From positions 15,948 through 79,947 of the forward strand of contig CAZIDX010000003.1 in NCBI GenBank assembly GCA_964538435.1: a DNA stretch of 64,000 nucleotides, given 5' to 3'. Of this stretch, positions 10,923 through 19,208 are shown piece after piece. The notes below the pieces were generated by a model. The model made no database searches, was not told where the DNA came from, and was given only the letters and a program-made list of their open reading frames with translations. This DNA is from an uncultured Gammaproteobacteria bacterium (GTDB lineage Bacteria > Patescibacteriota > Patescibacteriia > UBA9934 > GWF2-40-263). Position numbers and translations under genes: made by a program. Each line of letters begins with the position of its first letter. Position 1 is the stretch's first letter.

Positions 10923-12149
10923 TTATTGTTTGCGTTTTTTTGTTAAAAGAATGAATGTCATCAGGACAAGGACAAGAGCAGCAATCCCACTTGCTACCAT
11001 TCCCCACGACCATGAATCGTCATTATTGTCATCATCGATTCCCATTGCAGATGTAAGAACATCTGATTCTGCAGTAGGTTCATACCCCTCAGGGCGATCT
11101 AGATCTGTTCCCTCTGGATACACGCGCACAGACACAGCCTCATATGCACTATTCCCTGCTCGATCAAGCGCTGCCACACGAAACTGATATGTACCAGCCT
11201 CCAAATCCTCAATCTCAAGCGGGCTAGTCTGCACCTGGAAGTCGCTCTCATTAATCGCGATCTGATACTGAGCAACGCCGGACGTCTCATCAGTTGTGGC
11301 AAATGTGAGCCACACAGACTCACCCTCTACAACCTGCCCCTGCTCAGCTGTAAGCTCAATTGGATTTGGTGGAGTTGTATCAACAAGAACGGTTCGTGAT
11401 GCAATCTCTGTTTCTTCCTCTCCAGAAACCCCCTTCACACGAAAGTGGTAGATCCCATCTTCAAGCTCCTGCCAGCTCGCACTGAGCTCTTCCCCCTCTA
11501 GCTTCATATCAAGCTCTGTATCAGCAGCTGCCCCGAGCCCGTACCAATATTCATCAACCTCCACTTCAGGCTCTGTCCAAGTGATCTCAGAAGTATTTAC
11601 CGAATACCACTGAGCAGCATTTGGATGCGTACTGCTCTCAACAACAAGCCCAACCTCTTCCTCAGATACCCCCTCAACAAGCACCTCGGAGGTACCAAGC
11701 AATCCTGTATTTATCTTCTCTTCTCCATTTGCAATCGCACGCGAATCACCTGAAATGCTCAGCGTCGCCTCACCTTCAGTCAATGCAAGAAACGTTATCG
11801 TCACAAGCGCTGATTCTTCCACAACTGGACCACGAAGCGTGAAGCCGCCCCATGAAACCTTTCCATTCACATTATCGCGATAATTTCCGGGTGCGGATCG
11901 CTCAAATGCTCCTGTAAGCTGCGCACTACTTGCGCTCAAAACAGTTGGATCATAGGTCACAACAGCTCGAGCTGTATCAAGCTCCTCACCATTTGGATTG
12001 ATCATGACAACCACATCGAACATGGCACCTTGCTCAACCTCAATAGTCTGAGAATCAAAACTCATTGTGGCGTTTCCTACTGCCCCAACCCACATTGGGA
12101 GAGCAAGAAATGCGCTTGCAATAATCAGTAAGGTAAGAAAATTTCTCAT
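10923..12149 (-). CDS. Cell-surface protein with N-terminal cohesin-like domain, FN3-like middle region, acidic linker and C-terminal TM anchor
   Basis: Signal peptide MRNFLTLLIIASAFLALPMWVGA. Cohesin-like hallmarks: VVTYDPTVLSA (compare cohesin VxYDPxVLE), TITFLALTEGEATL. C-terminal hydrophobic anchor MVASGIAALVLVLMTFILL + KKRKQ. Confidence 0.55.
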   Translation of the reverse strand: MRNFLTLLIIASAFLALPMWVGAVGNATMSFDSQTIEVEQGAMFDVVVMINPNGEELDTARAVVTYDPTVLSASSAQLTGAFERSAPGNYRDNVNGKVSWGGFTLRGPVVEESALVTITFLALTEGEATLSISGDSRAIANGEEKINTGLLGTSEVLVEGVSEEEVGLVVESSTHPNAAQWYSVNTSEITWTEPEVEVDEYWYGLGAAADTELDMKLEGEELSASWQELEDGIYHFRVKGVSGEEETEIASRTVLVDTTPPNPIELTAEQGQVVEGESVWLTFATTDETSGVAQYQIAINESDFQVQTSPLEIEDLEAGTYQFRVAALDRAGNSAYEAVSVRVYPEGTDLDRPEGYEPTAESDVLTSAMGIDDDNNDDSWSWGMVASGIAALVLVLMTFILLTKKRKQ

Positions 12150-12180
12150 ACATCTATATCCCCCTAATCAGTCATTATCG

Positions 12181-13029
12181 TTAAACACGAACACCCCATC
12201 GAGCAACCATCATTGAAAAATCATAGTCGTCAACGGCTTCATCTTCATTAAAATCCCCCTCGCGCGAATCATCTCCCCAAAATCCAATAAGCAAACTGAG
12301 GTCATAGTCATTCACAACATCATCCCCATTCACATCACCTACAAGCCGTCTATAAATCTCGTAATCAATTTCATCAATGCTGTTTTGCCCATCAAACGCC
12401 TCAATCGTGAACGTGTTCAAACCATAAGAAAGTGCAACTTCTGCCTGCCAATCTTCTCCGTCATACTCCCCATCAACATCTTCACCATTAATTTCAAGCC
12501 CATCAACACCATCCTCTGCTTCACCAAAAAGCAAAATAGATGATCCAAATGTAAACTCCATCTCTTCCAAACTTCCATCTACTGCAAGATCTCCAGAGGT
12601 TGCAGGTGATGCAGCTCCACCTCCACCACCTCCACCGGGTGCTGGTGGTGAGCCAGACGAGCAACTGCTAGTATCAAACGACGCGCAATCAGAAGCACAC
12701 GCTAACGTTCCAGAATCAAATCCCTGAGTTACACATGTTTGGCTATTCAAATTATTTCCGTCACACGTCTCAAGCGGATCACGAAAACCATCACCGCAGT
12801 AATAGGCAAACGAGGAACCTGACTCAACTTCATACGAAGTTCCTGTCACGCTCCCAACAAGCGGCTCAACAGCACCATCAACCTGATAGGAAGTCCCTGT
12901 CAAAGTGTCATGGCTAGAAAAAACGTTTGCATCTGGATTGAGCTGATAGGTTGTCCCTGTAATCGCCCCCACGCTCATTGGCATAGCTACGATCAAGGTT
13001 GCAATCGTCAATGTGATAATGGATTTCAT
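12181..13029 (-). CDS. Secreted protein with a Myxococcus-type Cys-rich repeat (CGDG...ExCDDGN), Gly-rich linker and C-terminal type-I dockerin-like duplicated Ca-binding segment
   Basis: Signal peptide. YYCGDGFRDPLETCDGNNLNSQTC...ACASDCASFDTSSC. PPAPGGGGGGGAASPA linker. C-terminus GDVNGDDVVNDYDLSLLIGFWG ... GDFNEDEAVDDYDFSMMVARWG (two dockerin-like repeats, DxNxDxxxNxxD + helix). Confidence 0.55.
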   Translation of the reverse strand: MKSIITLTIATLIVAMPMSVGAITGTTYQLNPDANVFSSHDTLTGTSYQVDGAVEPLVGSVTGTSYEVESGSSFAYYCGDGFRDPLETCDGNNLNSQTCVTQGFDSGTLACASDCASFDTSSCSSGSPPAPGGGGGGGAASPATSGDLAVDGSLEEMEFTFGSSILLFGEAEDGVDGLEINGEDVDGEYDGEDWQAEVALSYGLNTFTIEAFDGQNSIDEIDYEIYRRLVGDVNGDDVVNDYDLSLLIGFWGDDSREGDFNEDEAVDDYDFSMMVARWGVRV

Positions 13030-13052
13030 AATCTTTTTTTGAATCTCGTGGG

Positions 13053-14132
13053 TTATCCCTCCAACAAACCTTCCCCATTAGGGTTGTAGCCATTCTCTAC
13101 CTCTGATCCGTCATCATAACCATCACCATCTGTGTCTGCATTTTCAGGATCAGTCCCCCATGTATTTGTTTCATCATGATCGCTCAAACCATCACCATCT
13201 GTATCAATGTCCGCATCTACTTCAGCTTCGGTCTCAGTCGTAGTTTCTGTCACATCCTCAGTTTCAGCCTCGTCATAGGTGAGCAAATCTGTGTAAGCGA
13301 TAGTGTGAAGCACATTCCACTCCATGTCCGTTGAAGGCATGGTTGCGTACTTCTGCCCAAAAAGCTCAAGCGCATCCTCTTCTGCTTGAACATCGCGAGG
13401 GTCTCCCTGACACCCGCCGTAGGCAATGCAGTGAAGAGCCTGCCAATCGTTCCCATTTGATGGCATGCGCGCATAAAACGCGCCAAAGTAAACAAGAGCT
13501 TGTGCCTCAAGCTCTGCATCTGTATTCTCACCAAGGCCATGCTCAGTGTCAGTTGTGTCTGTATCAGTGTCATCTGTGTCACCTGTCACATCAAAGTCAG
13601 CATCCCCATCAGAAAAATAATCCAGTCCAATTGTTGCAACCTCACCACCAGAAACAGTAATGGTCGATTGTCCCAAACTGGAAGTATCTAGCTTTTCCTC
13701 ACCATCATTGATGAGCATTGAGTCATCATCAACATTTATCTCCACGGTCCCAGAACGGAAGGCGTGAAAATTGAGCGTGAAAAGCGTTCCTGAATAATCA
13801 ATTTGATCTCCGAATTTATATGCACCAACACTAAGCTCTCCGCTTGTGTTGTCTCCCCAATTCGAAGGGAGTGCATAAGGGAATAAATCACCCCTCTCAT
13901 ACGAAATAATCTCCATCACACTTGCATCAAAGCTCAGATTAAGTCGCGCAGTATCAATCGATTCACCGTTTGGGGTGAAAAGGACATCTACAGAAAAACT
14001 GTCTCCAGTTTCAACAGAAGTGCTGTGAGGAGACAGCCAAAGAGTGGACGAGCCGCTTGCGTGAACAGGTTGCAAACCAAAACTCGATACGAAAATAAGA
14101 AGTCCCAAAAAGAGGACGGCGAACTTCTTCAT
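13053..14132 (-). CDS. Secreted protein with N-terminal cohesin-like domain, an internal about 45-aa duplicated segment and C-terminal thrombospondin-type-3-like Ca-binding repeats
   Basis: Signal peptide MKKFAVLFLGLLIFVSSFGLQPVHA. LNLSFDASVMEII / TLFTLNFHAFRSGTVEI cohesin-like signature. Duplicated YFGAFYARMPSNGNDWQALHCIAY / LFGQKYATMPSTDMEWNVLHTIAY. C-terminal DTDGDGLSDHDETNTWGTDPENADTDGDGYDDGSEV. Confidence 0.5.
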   Translation of the reverse strand: MKKFAVLFLGLLIFVSSFGLQPVHASGSSTLWLSPHSTSVETGDSFSVDVLFTPNGESIDTARLNLSFDASVMEIISYERGDLFPYALPSNWGDNTSGELSVGAYKFGDQIDYSGTLFTLNFHAFRSGTVEINVDDDSMLINDGEEKLDTSSLGQSTITVSGGEVATIGLDYFSDGDADFDVTGDTDDTDTDTTDTEHGLGENTDAELEAQALVYFGAFYARMPSNGNDWQALHCIAYGGCQGDPRDVQAEEDALELFGQKYATMPSTDMEWNVLHTIAYTDLLTYDEAETEDVTETTTETEAEVDADIDTDGDGLSDHDETNTWGTDPENADTDGDGYDDGSEVENGYNPNGEGLLEG

Positions 14133-14406
14133 AAGAAAAAATTACGGCGGATTAGTCGGGACTATTTTGGAGAGCCCCTTGGGAGCAGTAACCGACAACG
14201 ACCCTCTTCAACAACTGCCAAGCAACTGGGATTGCTGGCGCTGCCTGAAGAAGGTTGTGGGTGCGTCGAAACTTATTCAAAGTATAGCAAAAAAATGAGT
14301 GTTTTTCGATGCAAACTGTGTATAAATCAAGTGATATTTTTGGTTAAAAAACTGTGCAAAAAGCAAAAACAGATACCATACAAAAAACCTGATATAATAA
14401 CCGCGT

Positions 14407-15759
14407 ATGAGCAAGGAGGAACGCATAAGCAAACACATCAAGCAAGAGCCTGGCCTTGCATTCATCCCCGATTTTCTTGAGAGCTTCCCGAAAGCGGAGC
14501 TTTTTCTTGTTGGAGGAGCTGTTCGCGATGCCATTGTTGGACGAAAAATGAAAGAACTAGACTTTGACTTTGTTGTGCGAGGTGTAGAAGCACAAACGCT
14601 TCATGACTGGTTTAAAACCAAAGGGCACATCGACTTAGTTGGGAGAGATTTTGGAGTATTCAAGTTCATGCCAGAAGGCTTCAGTACAGACAACCTGCAA
14701 TTCATCGATATTGCTCTCCCTCGCACCGAAGCTGCGCGCCCTGACAACGTTGGTGGCTACAAAGAATTCGACATCCAGTCTGACCCCAACCTCTCGATCG
14801 AAGATGATCTTTCGCGGCGCGACTTCACAATCAATGCGCTGGCATTTAATGTGCGGACAAGTGAACTCGTTGACCCATTCAATGGTCAACTCGATATTGA
14901 AAAGCGTCTCATTCGAACAGTCGGAAATCCACACGAACGCTTCTCAGAAGACATGTCTCGCATCCTACGCGCCATGCGCTTTGCAACAGAGCTCCGTTTT
15001 GAAATAGAAGCAGAAACACTTTCTTCTGTTAGACAACTCGCTGAGCGCGTAAACAATGAACGAGAAAAAAACAACAATCTCGAATACATCATCCCAAGAG
15101 AAACCCTCGGATCAGAACTTGGAAAAGCCTTCGAACGCAACCCAAGTGGAGCTGTTGATTGGATGATGAAAACAAAGCTCATGCACGCACTTTTCCCCAA
15201 AATTCAACAAATTATTGACGTTGATTCAACCTATATTTTACCAATGCACCAGCTCAAAGAAGGTTGTCTCATGATCACAATGACCCTTCTGCTGCGTGCT
15301 ATCGAACCTGAGAAAATAGAATCTACACTGGTACGTGTTGGCATGAACACTCTCCCACGCGACTCCTCACGCAGGCTCGATATTCACATGGTGCACTGGA
15401 TTATCACGCGACTGCACCCACCAATCACTCCAGAAGACGTCGCTCAAATGCCTGCAGCTGAATTTGAAAAATACTTTTTCAACAACAACGGAAGGCACAT
15501 GCTAAAAATCCTCAACTTCCTCGGCCACGCTGAAGTTGGAGTAGCAGCACGCGACCGCAAGCGCTCCATTGAAGCCAGATGGCTCATTGAACCTGGTGAA
15601 ACAATACCTCCCCTACTCTCAGGAGACGATGTTCTCAAAGCAGGTATTGAACAAGGACCAAAGGTGAGAAAAATCCTGGAAGACTGCCGCAGTCGACAAC
15701 TCGACGGCGAGCTGATGACAAGAGAGGCAGCAAAAACCTGGCTAAAAACCCGCACATAA
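14407..15759 (+). CDS. cca: CCA-adding enzyme / tRNA nucleotidyltransferase (poly(A) polymerase head-domain family)
   Basis: N-terminal FLVGGAVRDAIVGR...DFDFVV and RRDFTINALAF motifs typical of the class-II nucleotidyltransferase head domain. Sits immediately upstream of a tRNA locus. Confidence 0.7.
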   Translation: MSKEERISKHIKQEPGLAFIPDFLESFPKAELFLVGGAVRDAIVGRKMKELDFDFVVRGVEAQTLHDWFKTKGHIDLVGRDFGVFKFMPEGFSTDNLQFIDIALPRTEAARPDNVGGYKEFDIQSDPNLSIEDDLSRRDFTINALAFNVRTSELVDPFNGQLDIEKRLIRTVGNPHERFSEDMSRILRAMRFATELRFEIEAETLSSVRQLAERVNNEREKNNNLEYIIPRETLGSELGKAFERNPSGAVDWMMKTKLMHALFPKIQQIIDVDSTYILPMHQLKEGCLMITMTLLLRAIEPEKIESTLVRVGMNTLPRDSSRRLDIHMVHWIITRLHPPITPEDVAQMPAAEFEKYFFNNNGRHMLKILNFLGHAEVGVAARDRKRSIEARWLIEPGETIPPLLSGDDVLKAGIEQGPKVRKILEDCRSRQLDGELMTREAAKTWLKTRT

Positions 15760-15790
15760 CAAAAACTCCCGAATCACTTCGGGAGTTTTT

Positions 15791-15863
15791 GGTAGGTCCG
15801 AGGGGATTTGAACCTCTGACCTCCACAATGTCAATGTAGCACCCTAACCAATCTCGACGCCCT
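15791..15863 (-). pseudogene. Degenerate tRNA-like sequence (tRNA-Val-like 3' half with intact T-arm and CCA, but no pairing acceptor 5' strand or D-stem)
   Basis: Minus-strand reading ...CTACATTGACATTGTGGAGGTCAGAGGTTCAAATCCCCTCGGACCTACCA. Shares the 20-nt anticodon-arm/variable segment ACATTGACATTGTGGAGGTC with tRNA-Val(GAC) 215 bp away. The 5' portion GGGCGTCGAGATTGGTTAGGGTGC cannot pair with CGGACCT. Confidence 0.35.
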
Positions 15864-16077
15864 GACCAACAACGTCAGGGGTCGGGACCCCGACACCAAA
15901 GGTTGAATGAGTATGGCCAGATTGATGCTGCTCAAGCCTGCGGGATAAATCACTTGTGCTACCTATGTAAAAACGCCCACTATTCTCTTCTTGTAAAAAA
16001 TATATCCATGCCATACATGCACATAATAACAAAAGTGCAGAACAAGAAAATACACCAATATAAACTGGTGTATTTTC

Positions 16078-16154
16078 TGGTGCGCGTATCTGGATTTGAA
16101 CCAGAGACCTCCACAATGTCAATGTGGCACTCTAACCAACTGAGCTATACGCGC
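16078..16154 (-). tRNA. tRNA-Val (anticodon GAC), CCA encoded
   Basis: Minus strand GCGCGTATAGCTCAGTTGGTTAGAGTGCCACATTGACATTGTGGAGGTCTCTGGTTCAAATCCAGATACGCGCACCA. Acceptor GCGCGTA/TACGCGC, anticodon loop TTGACAT, T-loop TTCAAAT. Confidence 0.8.
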
Positions 16155-16211
16155 ATATTCATTTATCGAACAAAAGTATAAGCCACCTCTTACATCACGT
16201 CAATCCTTGCC

Positions 16212-16664
16212 CTAAAAAAACTGACTCCCTCCTCCAACCTGCTTGTCTTGCTCCCTTGCCTCTTCTTCCTCTTCATCATGCAGCACAAGCCACGGCTTTG
16301 TATGCGACTTTGAAAGTGCCATGATTATGAACCCACCAAGCGCAAGCACGGCAGCACCCAGCATAAACGCACCAAACACCCCAGCGAACCCGCACGCAAA
16401 AACCGATGTAACCACCTCTGCTCTTGTTGTAGCTTCAACAAGACATGAATCAACAGCTTCTTGCGAGTAAGACAAACCTAGAACAGAAGCTGCAACTCCA
16501 CACACAAATGCCAAAATACTAAACAAACAACTAAACCGAACCTTTTTTATACGCCCAAGCCGCAAAATTGCAATCACAGCAAAAAACACTCCTCCCAAAA
16601 CCCAATACACCAAAAACCAAAGGATTGCTAAAAAGGCTGAAAATGAGGTAAAAGATATGTCCAT
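16212..16664 (-). CDS. Hypothetical polytopic membrane protein with acidic C-terminus
   Basis: 150 aa with 4 hydrophobic helices and a C-terminal EEEEEAREQDK tail. No recognisable domain. Confidence 0.4.
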   Translation of the reverse strand: MDISFTSFSAFLAILWFLVYWVLGGVFFAVIAILRLGRIKKVRFSCLFSILAFVCGVAASVLGLSYSQEAVDSCLVEATTRAEVVTSVFACGFAGVFGAFMLGAAVLALGGFIIMALSKSHTKPWLVLHDEEEEEAREQDKQVGGGSQFF

Positions 16665-16759
16665 ACAGGTATGAAGGGATTATATCAGCCCCACCTTACC
16701 CCGTCACTGAGAGATTGACTAATAAGGGTGATATACTATAGTAAGCAACCACAAGATAC

Positions 16760-16835
16760 GGGCCTGTAGCTCAGTGGTTAGAGCGCGAAGCTTATACCTT
16801 CGTGGTCGATGGTTCAAATCCATCCAGGCCCACCA
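16760..16835 (+). tRNA. tRNA-Ile with anticodon UAU (unmodified-type AUA decoder), CCA encoded
   Basis: GGGCCTGTAGCTCAGTGGTTAGAGCGCGAAGCTTATACCTTCGTGGTCGATGGTTCAAATCCATCCAGGCCCACCA. Acceptor GGGCCTG/CAGGCCC. Anticodon stem CGAAG/CTTCG with loop CTTATAC, giving anticodon TAT. Confidence 0.75.
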
Positions 16836-16844
16836 AACAAACAT

Positions 16845-17015
16845 ATGCCTTTTATCCTGTTAGGAATTGCCTTGCTCATCACCAGCATCCTGCTGCTGCG
16901 CTGGGCAATCAAAAGCCAAGACAAAGAATTGATCGTTGGATTCAACGCTCTTCTTGTCGCAGCTGTCATCATGATCGTCTTTTTCGGCATCTTCTATAAT
17001 GTGCTCGTACCATAA
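16845..17015 (+). CDS. Possible small (56 aa) two-helix membrane protein. Start taken at MPFILLG, downstream of the tRNA.
   Basis: Track ORF 16809..17015 begins inside tRNA-Ile. The internal ATG at 16845 gives MPFILLGIALLITSILLLRWAIKSQDKELIVGFNALLVAAVIMIVFFGIFYNVLVP. Ends 6 bp before rluD. Confidence 0.3.
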   Translation: MPFILLGIALLITSILLLRWAIKSQDKELIVGFNALLVAAVIMIVFFGIFYNVLVP

Positions 17016-17021
17016 TCTTCT

Positions 17022-17939
17022 ATGCCTGAAATAATTGTCCCAGAAGCTGCCAATGACTTGCGCATTGATACATATCTTGCCACAGAGCTTGAGCTCTCGC
17101 GCTCGCAAATTCAAAAACTTATCAAAGCAGGAGAAATAACGTTGTCTGATTCGTCTGTTCGCCCCAACGCAAAAGTCGAATCCGGAGACGTGATTTTTTA
17201 TCCAGAAACAGAAGTTCCTACAACAACAAAAACTGGACCCGCCCCCATTCTTGATGTTCTCTACGAAGACGATAATGTCATGGTAATCAACAAACCAGCA
17301 GGTCTTATCGTTCACCAAGCTGCACCCACAGACCAAGACCCAAATGTCGTAGATGCCCTACTTGAACTTCACCCAGAGATCGCAGAAGTGGGAGACGATC
17401 CCACCAGACCAGGAATCGTTCATCGCCTAGACAAAGATGTTTCAGGAGTCATGGTGGTTGCAAAAACTCAAGAAGCTTTTGAAGATCTAAAAGATCAATT
17501 TCAAGAACGCTCAATCGAAAAAGAATACATCGCCCTTGTCTACGGATCACTTCCAAAAGATTTCGACACAATAAAAACAAACATATCTCGCTCAAGATCA
17601 CGCGGACGCATGGTTTCAAGACCAATGTCACAGGACGGAAAGGAATCAATCACTGAATACTCCGTCATCGAGCGCCTCCCAACTACCACACATGTACGCG
17701 TGCGCATCCACACCGGACGAACCCATCAAATCCGCGTGCACTTCCACGCACTCGGTTACCCCCTCGTCGGCGACAAGCTCTACAAATTGAAAAAGATGAA
17801 ATTCCGCACACTCGAGCTTGACCGCATCTTCCTCCACGCCCGTCGACTCGGCTTCAACCTTCTTGATGGAACAAGAAAAATCATCGAAGTCGATCTTCCA
17901 CCAGAACTCCACAATCTTCTAAGACAACTCAAGTCCTAA
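17022..17939 (+). CDS. rluD: RluA-family 23S rRNA pseudouridine synthase (RluD-like) with N-terminal S4 domain
   Basis: S4-like N-terminus (RIDTYLATELELSRSQIQKLIKAGEITL). Catalytic HRLDKDVSGVMVVAKT motif. Confidence 0.8.
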   Translation: MPEIIVPEAANDLRIDTYLATELELSRSQIQKLIKAGEITLSDSSVRPNAKVESGDVIFYPETEVPTTTKTGPAPILDVLYEDDNVMVINKPAGLIVHQAAPTDQDPNVVDALLELHPEIAEVGDDPTRPGIVHRLDKDVSGVMVVAKTQEAFEDLKDQFQERSIEKEYIALVYGSLPKDFDTIKTNISRSRSRGRMVSRPMSQDGKESITEYSVIERLPTTTHVRVRIHTGRTHQIRVHFHALGYPLVGDKLYKLKKMKFRTLELDRIFLHARRLGFNLLDGTRKIIEVDLPPELHNLLRQLKS

Positions 17940-17941
17940 GT

Positions 17942-18487
17942 ATGATCATCACACTCACTGGCCTTCCTGGAGCCGGCAAATCAACCATCGCAACCTTGCT
18001 CTCAGAGCAACTCAACATGCCTTGGTACTCCATTGGTGACCTGAGAGGCAAAATGGCAGAAGAACGAGGTATGACCATAGACCAACTCAATGCACTCGGA
18101 GAACACGACGCCTCAACCGACAACAGCGTTGATGAGTACCAAACCAAACTTGGTCAAACTGAGGACAACTTTATTGTGGATGGGCGCCTCTCATGGCACT
18201 TCATTCCAAGCTCATTCAAAATCTTCCTTGACGTCGATGAAGACCATGCTGCTGAGCGTATTTTTCACGCCTCAAAAGAAGGCCTAAGACCCGATGAAGA
18301 CCCGTACGAAACCCCAGAAGACGTACGCAAAACAATTGAAGCGCGCCTGGCATCAGACCAGAAGAGATACCACAAGTACTACAACATCAACTACCTAGAT
18401 CGAGACAATTACGACCTCATAATCGACACAAGCACCAAAACCCCCGAAGAAATCGTAAAAATCATCAAAGAAGCCATAAGCCGTTGA
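17942..18487 (+). CDS. cmk: Cytidylate kinase, archaeal/family-2 type (P-loop (d)CMP kinase)
   Basis: MIITLTGLPGAGKSTIATLLSEQL P-loop. Overall similarity to short family-2 CMP kinases. Start 3 bp after the rluD stop. Confidence 0.6.
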   Translation: MIITLTGLPGAGKSTIATLLSEQLNMPWYSIGDLRGKMAEERGMTIDQLNALGEHDASTDNSVDEYQTKLGQTEDNFIVDGRLSWHFIPSSFKIFLDVDEDHAAERIFHASKEGLRPDEDPYETPEDVRKTIEARLASDQKRYHKYYNINYLDRDNYDLIIDTSTKTPEEIVKIIKEAISR

Positions 18488-18590
18488 CAAAAACGGCTTT
18501 TTTGTTTATGATTGCGCCACATTAAGCACTTATCTAAGAACACTGATTGCCCGCTGTGGTGATGTGGTCCGCTAGGAAGTGACATAAGAA

Positions 18591-19145
18591 ATGACTATGT
18601 CAGACGAAAACACAAAGGCTCCTGAGGAGCAAAAGGAAGAAAAGGCTCCTGAGATCACTCAAGAAGAGCCAACCACAACCGAGGAGACTCCGGTTGAAGA
18701 AGCAAAGGAAGCTCCTGCCGAAGAAACTCCTGAAGAGGAAACCAAGAGCGAGCCAGAGAACCCTGGTCACGCCTACAAAGCAAAGCTTGTAGACTTCGAT
18801 GATCTTAAAACCGGACAAACTGTCCGTGTCCACGAGCTCATCAAAGACATCTCCTCAAAGGGAGAAGAGCGAGAGCGCATCCAGGTATTTGAAGGAATGA
18901 TCCTTGCATTCGGTGGTAAAGGCATTACACGAACCATCACTGTGCGAAAGGTCAACAAAGGATTCGGTGTAGAAAAAATTTACCCGATCAACTCACCTGT
19001 TGTTGCAAAAATCGAACTCGTAAAGAGCGCAAGGGTGCGACAAGCAAAGCTTGGATACCTCAAAAACCTCAAGAAACGATTTAAACGAAAGCTCAAGGAA
19101 ACCCACACAGAACTCGGAAAACAATCAAAGAAAAAGAAGCGGTAA
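18591..19145 (+). CDS. rplS: 50S ribosomal protein L19 with about 70-aa acidic N-terminal extension
   Basis: Core GQTVRVHELIKDISSKGEERERIQVFEGMILAFGGKGITRTITVRKVNKGFGVEKIYPINSPVVAKIELVKSARVRQAKLGYLKNLK matches the L19 family. Preceded by a Glu/Pro/Thr-rich extension (MTMSDENTKAPEEQKEEKAPEITQEEPTTTEETPVEEAKEAPAEETPEEE). Confidence 0.8.
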   Translation: MTMSDENTKAPEEQKEEKAPEITQEEPTTTEETPVEEAKEAPAEETPEEETKSEPENPGHAYKAKLVDFDDLKTGQTVRVHELIKDISSKGEERERIQVFEGMILAFGGKGITRTITVRKVNKGFGVEKIYPINSPVVAKIELVKSARVRQAKLGYLKNLKKRFKRKLKETHTELGKQSKKKKR

Positions 19146-19208
19146 TCTATCAAAAAACACAACCCAAACAGGTTGTGTTTTGTATTAGAAAAGCCTAACC
19201 CCGAAAGA

